Origin: an uncultured Gammaproteobacteria bacterium
GTDB lineage: Bacteria; Patescibacteriota; Microgenomatia; Levybacterales; UBA12049
Direction: 5' to 3'
Length of the DNA stretch: 64,000 nucleotides
Assembly: GCA_965230895.1 (NCBI GenBank)
Contig: OZ246394.1
Span: 249,316-313,315 of the forward strand
Positions within the stretch are counted from its first letter, which is position 1; the number at the start of each line of letters is the position of its first letter. Both the position numbers and the translations under genes were made by a program. This document shows, in pieces, positions 55,747 through 64,000 of this stretch. The notes beneath the pieces are model-generated. The model was not told the origin of the DNA. It made no database searches and saw nothing but the letters and a program-made list of their open reading frames with translations.

Positions 55747-56541
55747 ATGTCAAAAGAATCACGATTTATATCTCCTGAGATTCCAGGAAAATCCGTCGGA
55801 GTTTCAGCTTTTCTTGCTGAATTGCGACCTACTGGACTCGTCCTGCAGGGAGGATTGAACATCAATAGACAATATGTCGATGCTGAGGGAAGATCTTATC
55901 TTCATCGAGCACCGAAAGAACGAGGCGTAGTGGTCGATAGCATGTTATTTTCTTATCATACGATAGGTTTTACTGCCCATGGAGGTGCCTTTCGTTATTT
56001 AGATACAGCTGAACAACTCGATAAAATGGATTACATGCATAGATTAGGGCTTAAAACGATTGTTCCGATTGTTGCTGAGGGTGAGGAAATGGTTGTACCG
56101 TTTTTAGAAGGAGAAATGCTTCAGAAATATCTTCAGGGAGGAAAAACAAGAATACTTCCTGATGTTCTTGATCATATGGTACATGCACATGATCAAGGGG
56201 TTATCTTTGGTGATCGATGGACATCAAATACATTGGTCTCACCTGAAGAAGATTTTACGGAGATTGATTTTGATGTGGAGTTGACCGGTAAAAGTGCAAA
56301 AGAGTTTGAACTATCACAATTTCTTTATCACGCAATTCTCTTCTCTAAATCTCGCCCTCAAATGATAGGGTTACTAGATAATTATTTCTCGCAGCGTCGT
56401 AGAGAAACCAAATCTTATGACAAAACTACCATTGCGGCTTTCCTACAAGGGCATCTCGATGTGTACGATGGACAAGTGTATGATGGAAGTGTCAATAATA
56501 TTCGTGAGGAAGTCGAACAAGTTTCAGGTATACTTATATGA
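55747..56541 (+). CDS. hypothetical protein (264 aa); faint protein-kinase-like character, unassigned
   Basis: HAHDQGVIFGDRWTSN is loosely kinase-catalytic-loop-like; not enough to call. Translationally coupled (ATGA) to the HAD gene. Confidence 0.4.
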   Translation: MSKESRFISPEIPGKSVGVSAFLAELRPTGLVLQGGLNINRQYVDAEGRSYLHRAPKERGVVVDSMLFSYHTIGFTAHGGAFRYLDTAEQLDKMDYMHRLGLKTIVPIVAEGEEMVVPFLEGEMLQKYLQGGKTRILPDVLDHMVHAHDQGVIFGDRWTSNTLVSPEEDFTEIDFDVELTGKSAKEFELSQFLYHAILFSKSRPQMIGLLDNYFSQRRRETKSYDKTTIAAFLQGHLDVYDGQVYDGSVNNIREEVEQVSGILI

Positions 56542-57128
56542 TGGATATTTCCTCATATGTACAGAAACATAATAAAACGCATATAATTTTTGACTTTGAT
56601 GAAACGCTTGTACAATTGATTCTTCCTTGGGATTCTTGTCTTGACGATATCAAAAGTGAACTGATTAACCTTGATCCAGCAATCTACAATAAATGGGGTG
56701 ACGGGACTATCGTCCCGAGTTATCTCCAAAACCTCTATGTTGAAAAGTATGGTGAGTCATTACGGAAATTACTTAACGAGAATACATATCAATTTGAATC
56801 GACGAAATTACAAAAAGTTCTTTACAATGACCAGCTGCTTGAGTTCATACATAACAGAAATGATTTGCAATTTTATGTATGGTCTTCGAACGCGAAAGCA
56901 ACGATAAATAAAATATTAACAGAGCAAAATCTGTTGGGGAAATTTGAAAAGGTAATCACTCGTGAAGATGTTTTTCTGCTTAAACCGCACATTGATGGCT
57001 TTTCGTTAATTAACTCCAATCATGTTGCGAAAGAACAGTTCCTGTTTGTTGGAGATAGTAGCGCTGACGAAAACGCAGCTAAGAAATTAGGGATCGAATT
57101 TTATAGGATTGATTACTTTGCTCAATAA
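56538..57128 (+). CDS. HAD-superfamily hydrolase
   Basis: Motif I IIFDFDETLV (DxDxT), motif IV FVGDSSADENAAKKLG. Confidence 0.7.
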   Translation: MMDISSYVQKHNKTHIIFDFDETLVQLILPWDSCLDDIKSELINLDPAIYNKWGDGTIVPSYLQNLYVEKYGESLRKLLNENTYQFESTKLQKVLYNDQLLEFIHNRNDLQFYVWSSNAKATINKILTEQNLLGKFEKVITREDVFLLKPHIDGFSLINSNHVAKEQFLFVGDSSADENAAKKLGIEFYRIDYFAQ

Positions 57129-57154
57129 GATCCACAATTTGATATAATCTCATC

Positions 57155-58048
57155 ATGAAGCTTTTAACTACTCCTGGCTGGGAGGAATATCAATTACTGG
57201 ATACTGGTGAAGGAATGCGGCTTGAACAATTTGGAAAATATCGAATTGTTCGTCCTGATCCACAAGTAATCTGGAAACCACATCTGCCACAATCCGAATG
57301 GATGAAAGCTGATGCAATTTTTAATGTAAATGCCAAAGGTTGGGAAAATCGAACTAATGTCCCCAAGCGTTGGATGATGCATTATAAAGATTTGTCTTTC
57401 TGGGCAGAGCTTTCTCCTTTTAAACACACTGGTGTTTTTCCTGAACAATCATTGCAATGGGATTGGATGACAGAAGTTATGCAAAAAGGTGCCGTCGGAG
57501 ACGAGCCTCGCCAAAGGCGGGAAATGCGAAATAAAAAGATACTTAATCTTTTTGGTTATACAGGAATTGCAAGTTTGGTCGCGGCCAAGAATGGTGCGCA
57601 AGTAACACATGTGGACGCTTCTAAGCCAACAATCGGTTGGGCAAAACAAAACCAATCAGTGTCAAAGCTTGAAGACAAACCGATCCGATGGATTCTCGAT
57701 GATGCTGTGAAATTCGTTCAGCGTGAAATAAAGCGAGGAGTGAAATACGATGGTATTATCATGGATCCACCTGTGTACGGACACGGACCAAATGGTGAGA
57801 AATGGGAATTTACAGAGTCGTTCCCTCATTTGCTTTCACTGTGCAAGCAAATACTTGCAGACAAACCGCTTTTTGTTTTAATTAATGCCTATGCGATTTC
57901 TGCATCTTCGCTTATGCTTGAGAATGTGCTTAAAGATTTTGTGCCGACAGCCAAGCAAAATATTGAAGTTGGAGAATTGATTATAGAAGAAAAGGATTCA
58001 AATAGATTGCTATCTACAGGCATTTTCGGACGTTGGAGTTCAGTTTAA
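57155..58048 (+). CDS. class I SAM-dependent (rRNA) methyltransferase, RlmI/RlmK-like
   Basis: LNLFGYTGIASLVAAKNGA (SAM-binding motif I) and IIMDPPVYG (DPP[FY] motif IV). Confidence 0.65.
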   Translation: MKLLTTPGWEEYQLLDTGEGMRLEQFGKYRIVRPDPQVIWKPHLPQSEWMKADAIFNVNAKGWENRTNVPKRWMMHYKDLSFWAELSPFKHTGVFPEQSLQWDWMTEVMQKGAVGDEPRQRREMRNKKILNLFGYTGIASLVAAKNGAQVTHVDASKPTIGWAKQNQSVSKLEDKPIRWILDDAVKFVQREIKRGVKYDGIIMDPPVYGHGPNGEKWEFTESFPHLLSLCKQILADKPLFVLINAYAISASSLMLENVLKDFVPTAKQNIEVGELIIEEKDSNRLLSTGIFGRWSSV

Positions 58049-58285
58049 TTTCTTTTTGTTCTTTGACCGCAATTCTTTTCTTGTGCTTTGTGCCGACAAA
58101 GTACCAAAGCTCTGCCTGTCGGCAGACAGGTCTTCGGCTAATCAGTACTCGTTAAAAATCATTTCTATTCCCGCTAAAGGACACGTTTCGCGATCGCTTC
58201 ACTTGCTGTCCTTTTTAACGCTTCATTCCAATGGTTTTCTTAACACTCCGTTCTGAGCGCCGAATCAATTAATTTATTAATATCA
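58049..58285 (-). ncRNA. conserved non-coding element B, homologous to 12456-12639; immediately 3' of obgE
   Basis: Same ordered sequence blocks as element A (ttgttctttgaccgcaa...accaaagctct...cgttaaaaatc...tttttaacgct...). Contains cctgtc-ggca-gacagg and ctttg...caaag hairpins. The 66-aa plus-strand ORF here is probably spurious. Confidence 0.35.
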
Positions 58286-59371
58286 TTAATAACGTCGTTT
58301 TTTTGGTGGGGGTGGGGTTTTGTAGAGATTTTCTATTGGGAACTTTTTAAATTTCTCAGTTCTTTCAACAATTGGTTCCTTAAATTCTTCTAATGCATGA
58401 ACGCGTTGTTTCAATGTGTTGAGACTCTCGTCATCATAAATAGAGCATGTGATGACTTCCAAACCTTTCTTGAGGAAAAGCTTTTCAGATTTCTCAACTT
58501 GTCCAACTGCTGCAAGATCTGTTTTGGTAAGTAGGATAACTTCTTGCTTCTCTAAAAGTTTGCCACTATGTTGTTCAAATTCTTTTCGGACGATTGTATA
58601 TGTTTTCAAAGGATCAGGATCTGTTGAATCGATACAATGAAGGAGGATTTTTGTTTTCTCAATATGTTTTAGAAAAGCAATTCCTAAACCTTTCCCCTGC
58701 GATGCGCCTTCAATAAGTCCAGGAATATCTGCAATTGTATATTCATCAAGCATACCGATATTTGGTTCAAGCGTTGTAAAAGGATAGTTACCGATCTTTG
58801 GGGATGCATTTGTTAATGTCGCAAGTAAACTACTCTTCCCTGCATTTGGTAAACCAATTAATCCAATATCCGCAATCATCTTTAGCTCTAGTTTGAGCAT
58901 TTTTTCTTCGCCGGGTGTTCCATCTTCTGCATAATTTGGGGATTGGTTGATTGCTGTTTTGAATTCAGTATTACCACGTCCACCTTTCCCACCTTTTGCA
59001 AAGAGCACAGGTTTGCTGTCATTTCGAATCTCGTAGATTCTTCCAGTATCAATATCAGTAATATGTGTGCCAAGTGGAACTAGTATTGTTAAGTCTTCTG
59101 CATTTTTACCGAAGAGTTTCTGATTCTTCCCATTTGTTCCGTTTTGCGCTTCAACCTTTTTCTTAAATCGGAACTGTTTGAGATCATTTATATTTCGTGA
59201 ACCTTGGAAATAGACATTTCCTCCATTCCCACCATTTCCTCCATCAGGTCCACCTCGAGCGGTTAATCCATTGCGCAAAAAAGTTGCGGCGCCATTACCA
59301 CCGTCTCCTGCTTTGATTGTAAGTGTGACATTATCAACTAACATAAGTGTATTATACCTCACTTGAGGCAA
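58286..59371 (-). CDS. obgE: GTPase ObgE/CgtA
   Basis: Gly-rich Obg fold (KAGDGGNGAATF...GGPDGGNGGNGGNVYF), G1 GLPNAGKSSLL, Lys-rich C-tail. Confidence 0.9.
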   Translation of the reverse strand: MPQVRYNTLMLVDNVTLTIKAGDGGNGAATFLRNGLTARGGPDGGNGGNGGNVYFQGSRNINDLKQFRFKKKVEAQNGTNGKNQKLFGKNAEDLTILVPLGTHITDIDTGRIYEIRNDSKPVLFAKGGKGGRGNTEFKTAINQSPNYAEDGTPGEEKMLKLELKMIADIGLIGLPNAGKSSLLATLTNASPKIGNYPFTTLEPNIGMLDEYTIADIPGLIEGASQGKGLGIAFLKHIEKTKILLHCIDSTDPDPLKTYTIVRKEFEQHSGKLLEKQEVILLTKTDLAAVGQVEKSEKLFLKKGLEVITCSIYDDESLNTLKQRVHALEEFKEPIVERTEKFKKFPIENLYKTPPPPKKRRY

Positions 59372-59442
59372 AGAAGCGAAAAAAGAGAAAACAATAACCT
59401 CTACTTTTTGGTTTTATCCAAAGAAATAGAGGCTATTGCGAG

Positions 59443-59895
59443 TTATTTATAGTGAGATTTAATCTCAAATAATAAATACAAACCGATAAGTGCTCCGATA
59501 AGTCCGGAAACAAAGGACATAGCGACAATTGAACCTAGTAAACTAGCAATTTCGCTCCAGAAAAGAAATTCCCATCCTTTATGCTTTCTTGCGTTTAGTC
59601 CTGGATATGCGGCAAGCATAAGTCCAGATGAAACTAACCAAATGAGCGATGCGACAAAGCCGCTACCGTACGCAGACATACCTTCAGTTCCTCCCATTAC
59701 TGCAAATGGAGATGTCGCCGTAAGTAATCCAAGTCCACTAATTGCTCCAAATACACCGAGTATTCCGAAAAGCAATGCAATATAAGGCATAACTTTTACT
59801 AGAACATCTTGGGCGTTTTTCGGCAAATGTGGAAGTTTCGCAAAATGCGGTTCGAGGATTCCTACTAAATCGTTTGATTTGTGTTGATGACTCAT
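59443..59895 (-). CDS. integral membrane protein (150 aa)
   Basis: Four hydrophobic helices. Confidence 0.45.
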   Translation of the reverse strand: MSHQHKSNDLVGILEPHFAKLPHLPKNAQDVLVKVMPYIALLFGILGVFGAISGLGLLTATSPFAVMGGTEGMSAYGSGFVASLIWLVSSGLMLAAYPGLNARKHKGWEFLFWSEIASLLGSIVAMSFVSGLIGALIGLYLLFEIKSHYK

Positions 59896-59996
59896 GATAT
59901 CACCGCCTTTCTTAGAGGGATGTTGTAGGTGTATTATCTCTAATCTCTTCTATTGAATGCAAGATATGAAATGAATAATATGCTATATTTATTTCC

Positions 59997-60584
59997 ATGA
60001 GTGAAAACGAGATGAAAAATACTGTTTACTTAGTTTCTTTTATCCTTTCACTTCTACAAGTCTTTTTTCCATCGTTTGTCCCTGATAATTTATCCAAAAC
60101 AGATCACCTCCCTACTCCGGCTCCGACAGCAGTTCTTGGGGAGCAAACTGCTGTTTCAAGCGAGTCAGCAAAAGTTATAAGAGTGGTTGATGGTGATACC
60201 ATTCGAGTTTCACTGAACAATCAGGAGAAAACGATCCGATTGATTGGGATAAATACACCTGAAACTGTTGATCCACGAAAAGAGGTAGAATGCTTTGGGA
60301 AAGAAGCTTCAGATAAAGCAAAAGAATTACTTTCAGGACAGGATATTTATCTTGAATCAGATGAATCACAAGGAAACACCGATAAGTACGATCGATTGCT
60401 TCGGTACGTGTGGTTGATGGACGGAAGATCGTTTAATAAACTGATGATTTCCCAAGGATATGCTTACGAATATACTTACGATTTACCTTACAAATATCAA
60501 GATGAATTTAAACGAGCACAAGCTCTTGCACAGGAATCGAAAGTCGGATTGTGGGCGGATACAACGTGTGGAAAAAGTTATTAG
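59997..60584 (+). CDS. secreted thermonuclease (SNase/micrococcal-nuclease family)
   Basis: VVDGDTIRV...IRLIGINTPET...YDRLLRYV... matches SNase catalytic residues. N-terminal TM/signal. Confidence 0.8.
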   Translation: MSENEMKNTVYLVSFILSLLQVFFPSFVPDNLSKTDHLPTPAPTAVLGEQTAVSSESAKVIRVVDGDTIRVSLNNQEKTIRLIGINTPETVDPRKEVECFGKEASDKAKELLSGQDIYLESDESQGNTDKYDRLLRYVWLMDGRSFNKLMISQGYAYEYTYDLPYKYQDEFKRAQALAQESKVGLWADTTCGKSY

Positions 60585-61273
60585 TCGATGTTTTCTTTTT
60601 TGAAGGTTTCTTTAATTTCACTAAAGCTTGTAGACTTCTTCTCCGGCTTTAACTCTTTCTTTGCTCGGATGTATTCAATAATTGGTGGAACAAGTGACAA
60701 TAAAATTATAAGGAAGATGGCTTTTTCAAAGTTGTCTTTGATAATTGGTAATGATCCGAGGAAATAACCTGCAACGGTAAGAGATGTGACCCAGATGAAT
60801 CCGCCAACGACATTGTAGTAAAGGAATGTTTTGTAGTCCATGCTTCCCATGCCTGCGACAAATGGTGCAAAGCTACGTACGATTGGAAGAAATCGTGCAA
60901 GAATGATCGTTTTTCCACCATGTTTTTCAAAGAACTCACGAGTTGTTTCAAGGTGTTGTCTGTTAAAGAGTTTTGAATTTTCTTTATTGAAGACTTTATG
61001 TCCAGTTTTGTTTCCAATCCAATAGTTAACTGAATCTCCAAGAATAGCTGCAACTAAAAGTGTGACATAGACAACCCAGAAATTGAGATATCCACTTCCT
61101 GCGAGACTTCCAACGACAAAAAGGAGCGAATCTCCTGGAAGAAAAGGTGTAACGACAAATCCAGTTTCAGCAAAGATAATTCCAAAAAGAAGGACGTATA
61201 CCCACGGTCCAAACATATTAATAAAGTTTGCGAGGTGCTCATCAAAGTGTAAAAGTAAATCAATTAATTCCAT
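60581..61273 (-). CDS. DedA-family membrane protein
   Basis: ...GDSVNYWIGNKTGHK... and ...ILARFLPIVRSFAPFVAGMG... (SNARE-associated/DedA motifs). Confidence 0.8.
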   Translation of the reverse strand: MELIDLLLHFDEHLANFINMFGPWVYVLLFGIIFAETGFVVTPFLPGDSLLFVVGSLAGSGYLNFWVVYVTLLVAAILGDSVNYWIGNKTGHKVFNKENSKLFNRQHLETTREFFEKHGGKTIILARFLPIVRSFAPFVAGMGSMDYKTFLYYNVVGGFIWVTSLTVAGYFLGSLPIIKDNFEKAIFLIILLSLVPPIIEYIRAKKELKPEKKSTSFSEIKETFKKENID

Positions 61274-61292
61274 AGCTCAAGTATAACACATT

Positions 61293-61321
61293 TGTCATCC
61301 TGAACTTGTTTCAGGATCTCC
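61293..61321 (+). repeat. 29-nt hairpin repeat, copy 3 (tgtcATCCTGAACTTGTTTCAGGATctcc)
   Basis: Stem atcctgaa/ttcaggat; same loop and flanks. Confidence 0.8.
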
Positions 61322-61335
61322 AATTAAAAGTTTTT

Positions 61336-62166
61336 TTATATCTTTTGAAGTCGTTTTACCCTTTCTTCAACAGGAGGATGTGTAGACAATAATTTCATCA
61401 TTTGTCCGCCCAAACCACCAGCAGGATTTTCAATATAGAGTGATGACATTGCTGGGTTTACTTGCGCTGGTGCGCGTCGAGTTGAATCATGGATTGCCAA
61501 AAGCGCATTTGCTAAGGCCTTCCCACTTCCGATTGTTTTGGCACCAGTATGATCTGCACCAAATTCTCGTTGTCTTGAAATAGCCATTTGTACAAGCGAA
61601 GCTGCTATCGGGACAAGAATTGCAGCAGCTATAGCGATAATCGGATTTGGAGCTTCTTCATCTCCACTATGCGAACTAAAAAAGCTCATATTTGCTAAGA
61701 ATGAAATAACACTGGCAAGCACAGCTGCAACTGTAGCGACGAGGACATCACGATTCTTAACATGCGCAAGTTCATGAGCCAGAACTCCTCGGAGTTCATC
61801 TTTGGATAGAATTTCTAAGATACCTTCTGTTACCGCAACTGATGCATGACCTGGACCTCTACCTGTTGCAAACGCATTTGCTTGGCGATCTGGGGTGATG
61901 TAAAGATCTGGCATTGGAATATCAATTCTTTTTGAAAGATCTTCAATCATTGCATAAATTTCAGGATATTTTTTCTTATCAAGAGGGACAGCTCTGCTCA
62001 TCTTCAGCGCAAGCTTATCAGAGAAGAAATACATGCCACCATTCATGAGTAATGCAAAGCCAAAGGCCATGTACATAAATTGCTCACCGCCAAAAATTCG
62101 AGCCATTGTAATGATGAGGACACTGAGGACGCCAAGAAGAAATATAGTTTTAATCGTATTACCCAT
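61336..62166 (-). CDS. htpX: protease HtpX (M48 family)
   Basis: HELAHVKNRD (HExxH) within a 4-TM topology; length and layout match HtpX. Confidence 0.85.
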   Translation of the reverse strand: MGNTIKTIFLLGVLSVLIITMARIFGGEQFMYMAFGFALLMNGGMYFFSDKLALKMSRAVPLDKKKYPEIYAMIEDLSKRIDIPMPDLYITPDRQANAFATGRGPGHASVAVTEGILEILSKDELRGVLAHELAHVKNRDVLVATVAAVLASVISFLANMSFFSSHSGDEEAPNPIIAIAAAILVPIAASLVQMAISRQREFGADHTGAKTIGSGKALANALLAIHDSTRRAPAQVNPAMSSLYIENPAGGLGGQMMKLLSTHPPVEERVKRLQKI

Positions 62167-62261
62167 AAACGTAGTATAACAATTTCATCGGTTTCAATCA
62201 AATGTGGTAGATTTCCCATTTAGCCCTGAAATTCTTAAGCTAATCTTGTATAATACTATGT

Positions 62262-63248
62262 ATGGATTTTGTTTCCGCTATATTAATTGTTATTGGATTA
62301 GTTCTTTTTGAAACTGTTAGTTCAATTGATAATGCTGTCATCAATGCTCAGGTTCTGGCCACAATGAGTGACAAGGCGAAGAAGTGGTTCCTTACATGGG
62401 GACTTCTTGTCGCAGTATTCCTGATGCGTGGTTTGCTTCCTTTCGCGATCATCTGGGCAGTCAATCCTGCACTTGGTCCGTGGGGTGCGATTACTGCAGC
62501 TTTCAGTGCCGACCCTGCTGTGAAAGAATCTGTTGAGCAATCCGCACCAGTGCTTCTTGCTGGTGGTGGTACGTTCCTCCTTTTCCTTTTCTTTCATTGG
62601 CTATTTATGGAACCAAAGCATTACGGTATTCGCGGAGAACGAACTTTTGAAAAGCTTGGTGTATGGTTTTATGCTGTTGTTTCTATCCTTTTGGCAGCAA
62701 TTGTATGGTACTCCTTACAGATTGATCCAATGATGGCATTTGGTGCAGTAGTCGGATCTACAGCGTTCTTTATCACACATGGATTTAAAGAAAACGCCGA
62801 AAAGGCGGAGGCGGATTTACTCAATGATAGTGGCAAATCTGATATGAGTAAGATTCTTTATCTTGAAGCGATTGATGCGACATTCTCAATTGATGGTGTC
62901 CTTGGTGCATTTGCTTTCACTTTGTCGGTGCCGTTAATTCTTTTGGGTAATGGTATTGGAGCATTTGTTGTCCGGGAAGCGACGATTAAGGGTATCAATA
63001 CTATTAAAAAATATATTTATCTCAAGAACGGTGCTATGTATTCTGTGTTCTTCCTTGGATGTGTCATGCTTTATGATAGTTTCGGACACCACTTGCCAGA
63101 ATGGTTAACTCCAGTTGCTACGATTATCATCATTTCATACTTCTTTGTTAAATCTCGAAACGAATGGAAGAAAGATCCTGCAAAGATTGCTGCGCTGACT
63201 GGTGCAGAGATGCATCCTCAAAAAAAAGCAAAAAGTAAGAAAAAGTAA
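62262..63248 (+). CDS. integral membrane protein, DUF475/TerC-like
   Basis: ETVSSIDNAVINA (DN motif in first TM). Duplicated topology with a Lys-rich C-tail. Confidence 0.5.
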   Translation: MDFVSAILIVIGLVLFETVSSIDNAVINAQVLATMSDKAKKWFLTWGLLVAVFLMRGLLPFAIIWAVNPALGPWGAITAAFSADPAVKESVEQSAPVLLAGGGTFLLFLFFHWLFMEPKHYGIRGERTFEKLGVWFYAVVSILLAAIVWYSLQIDPMMAFGAVVGSTAFFITHGFKENAEKAEADLLNDSGKSDMSKILYLEAIDATFSIDGVLGAFAFTLSVPLILLGNGIGAFVVREATIKGINTIKKYIYLKNGAMYSVFFLGCVMLYDSFGHHLPEWLTPVATIIIISYFFVKSRNEWKKDPAKIAALTGAEMHPQKKAKSKKK

Positions 63249-63266
63249 TTTTCAACAAAAGGATAT

Positions 63267-63294
63267 GGGATGCTGAAACAAGTTCAGCATGACA
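63267..63294 (-). repeat. 29-nt hairpin repeat, copy 4 (minus orientation: tgtcATGCTGAACTTGTTTCAGCATccc)
   Basis: Stem atgctgaa/ttcagcat. Lies 8 nt downstream of the stop of the minus-strand gene 63302-63808. Confidence 0.8.
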
Positions 63295-63301
63295 AATTAA
63301 T

Positions 63302-63808
63302 TTAGCCGTATTTTTCTTGGTGCTTCTTTTTTAGTTCTTTGTATTCTTGGTCTTCTCGTGCAAGGAGGTATTTCTCATAGAAAATTCTTGCTGATTGTGC
63401 TTTCTCACTATCTTTCCAATCTAATTCCTGGGGATTTATTTTGGTTCGTGCTATCTTTTCTTTTTCGGCAGTTTTTTCTAACTGAGGGTTGGATTCATAT
63501 TTTCGGCCGGTTTTATGGTTTGCATATCTTCTCGAACGAGTATAGCCCATTTGAAGGAACTTCCTTGCCATGTCCATCCCGACAAAATCATTTTGCTTTT
63601 TATATTCTAAAAACATGTTGTAAATTGTTTCAGAGGACTTTTTTGCAATATCGGGAGTTTTAAATCTCCAATGCTGAACAAGCTCAGACTTATATGGTTC
63701 CACAAGTAAAACTCCTTGTTCGCCTATTCCGACTTGATATAAATGAGGATTCTTTCGAAAGTCTATATTCTTAAAGTCTTTTGTATAATCAAACTTTGGC
63801 TTTGGCAT
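63302..63808 (-). CDS. DUF4385-like hypothetical protein
   Basis: 168 aa. MPKPKFDYTKDF...GIGEQGVLLVEPYKSEL...VGMDMARKFLQMGYTRSRRYANH. Family recalled from memory only. Confidence 0.45.
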   Translation of the reverse strand: MPKPKFDYTKDFKNIDFRKNPHLYQVGIGEQGVLLVEPYKSELVQHWRFKTPDIAKKSSETIYNMFLEYKKQNDFVGMDMARKFLQMGYTRSRRYANHKTGRKYESNPQLEKTAEKEKIARTKINPQELDWKDSEKAQSARIFYEKYLLAREDQEYKELKKKHQEKYG

Positions 63809-64000
63809 CGAGGTTCTTTTCTCCTTCTCGCATCATCACTTTCAAAAGGACTACAACTTCGTTTTCACTGGTATTCAGTCCACTGATCTTTCTCAAGTCG
63901 TCTTCCTTTAGTTTATCTTTGAGATTTGAAATAACGTAGCCGTTTGTATATGCTTCGAAAATAGTTGGATGGATGTAATATTTTCTACAAGTTGCTGGTT
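63789..64000 (-). CDS. C-terminal end of a gene running off the window, possibly a type IB DNA topoisomerase
   Basis: Minus-strand frame ...PATCRKYYIHPTIFEAYTNGYVISNLKDKL...GEKNLDAKAKV* resembles the TopIB catalytic-Tyr region (S/T-x-x-C-R-K-x-Y-I-H-P). Only about 70 codons visible. Confidence 0.35.
   Translation of the reverse strand, partial: PATCRKYYIHPTIFEAYTNGYVISNLKDKLKEDDLRKISGLNTSENEVVVLLKVMMREGEKNLDAKAKV

Noticed and set aside
58056-58256. 66-aa ORF between the methyltransferase and obgE
   Set aside because: Lies wholly within the conserved non-coding element B; its reading frame is not preserved in the homologous element A.
1-64000. Alternative genetic code (stop-codon reassignment) as explanation for the in-frame TAG and TAA
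   Set aside because: TAG, TAA and TGA each terminate well-supported housekeeping genes in the window (TAG at 12640, TAA at obgE, TGA at the recombinase). The two interrupted genes are isolated nonsense mutations.
1-64000. CRISPR array / cas genes
   Set aside because: No regularly spaced direct repeats were found; the only repeat family is the four-copy dispersed hairpin.

Overview
The window is a bacterial chromosomal segment with a compact, patchy gene repertoire (many small secreted cell-wall enzymes, tRNAs without full CCA, weak SD use) and visibly mosaic base composition. The left third carries a conserved thrS-infC-rpmI-rplT ... pheS-pheT translation cluster. A three-gene phenylalanine-biosynthesis module (chorismate mutase, aminotransferase, prephenate dehydratase) is inserted into it between rplT and pheS. 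The centre (about 20.7-36.2 kb) is an accessory region. It begins at a tandem array of three tRNA-Leu genes plus a tRNA 3'-end remnant. It is bounded by two large serine recombinase genes; one overlaps a tRNA 3' end, the other carries an in-frame amber at a conserved Gln codon. It holds an AT-rich cargo cluster: a complete sulfation cassette (fused ATP sulfurylase/APS kinase, sulfotransferase, DHH/NrnA-type pAp phosphatase) next to an AsnRS-like class II aaRS homolog, a class I aminotransferase, a GNAT-like protein, a Nudix hydrolase and an HxGH nucleotidyltransferase. A histidine kinase with an N-terminal DNA-binding HTH follows. The right half is mostly housekeeping and cell-wall genes (cysS, hflX, obgE, greA, htpX, a PolA polymerase-domain-only gene, Ldt, a LysM-Rpf-like protein, VanW-like, glucosaminidases). 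Two pseudogenes are interrupted by single in-frame stops: a VapC/PIN toxin and the second serine recombinase. Outside coding sequence the most striking signal is a 29-nt hairpin element present four times, with compensatory base-pair substitutions in its stem. There are also two homologous 180-240 nt non-coding stretches, each directly 3' of a minus-strand gene. No CRISPR array or rRNA was found. All calls come from reading the translations and sequence by eye; no database search was possible.
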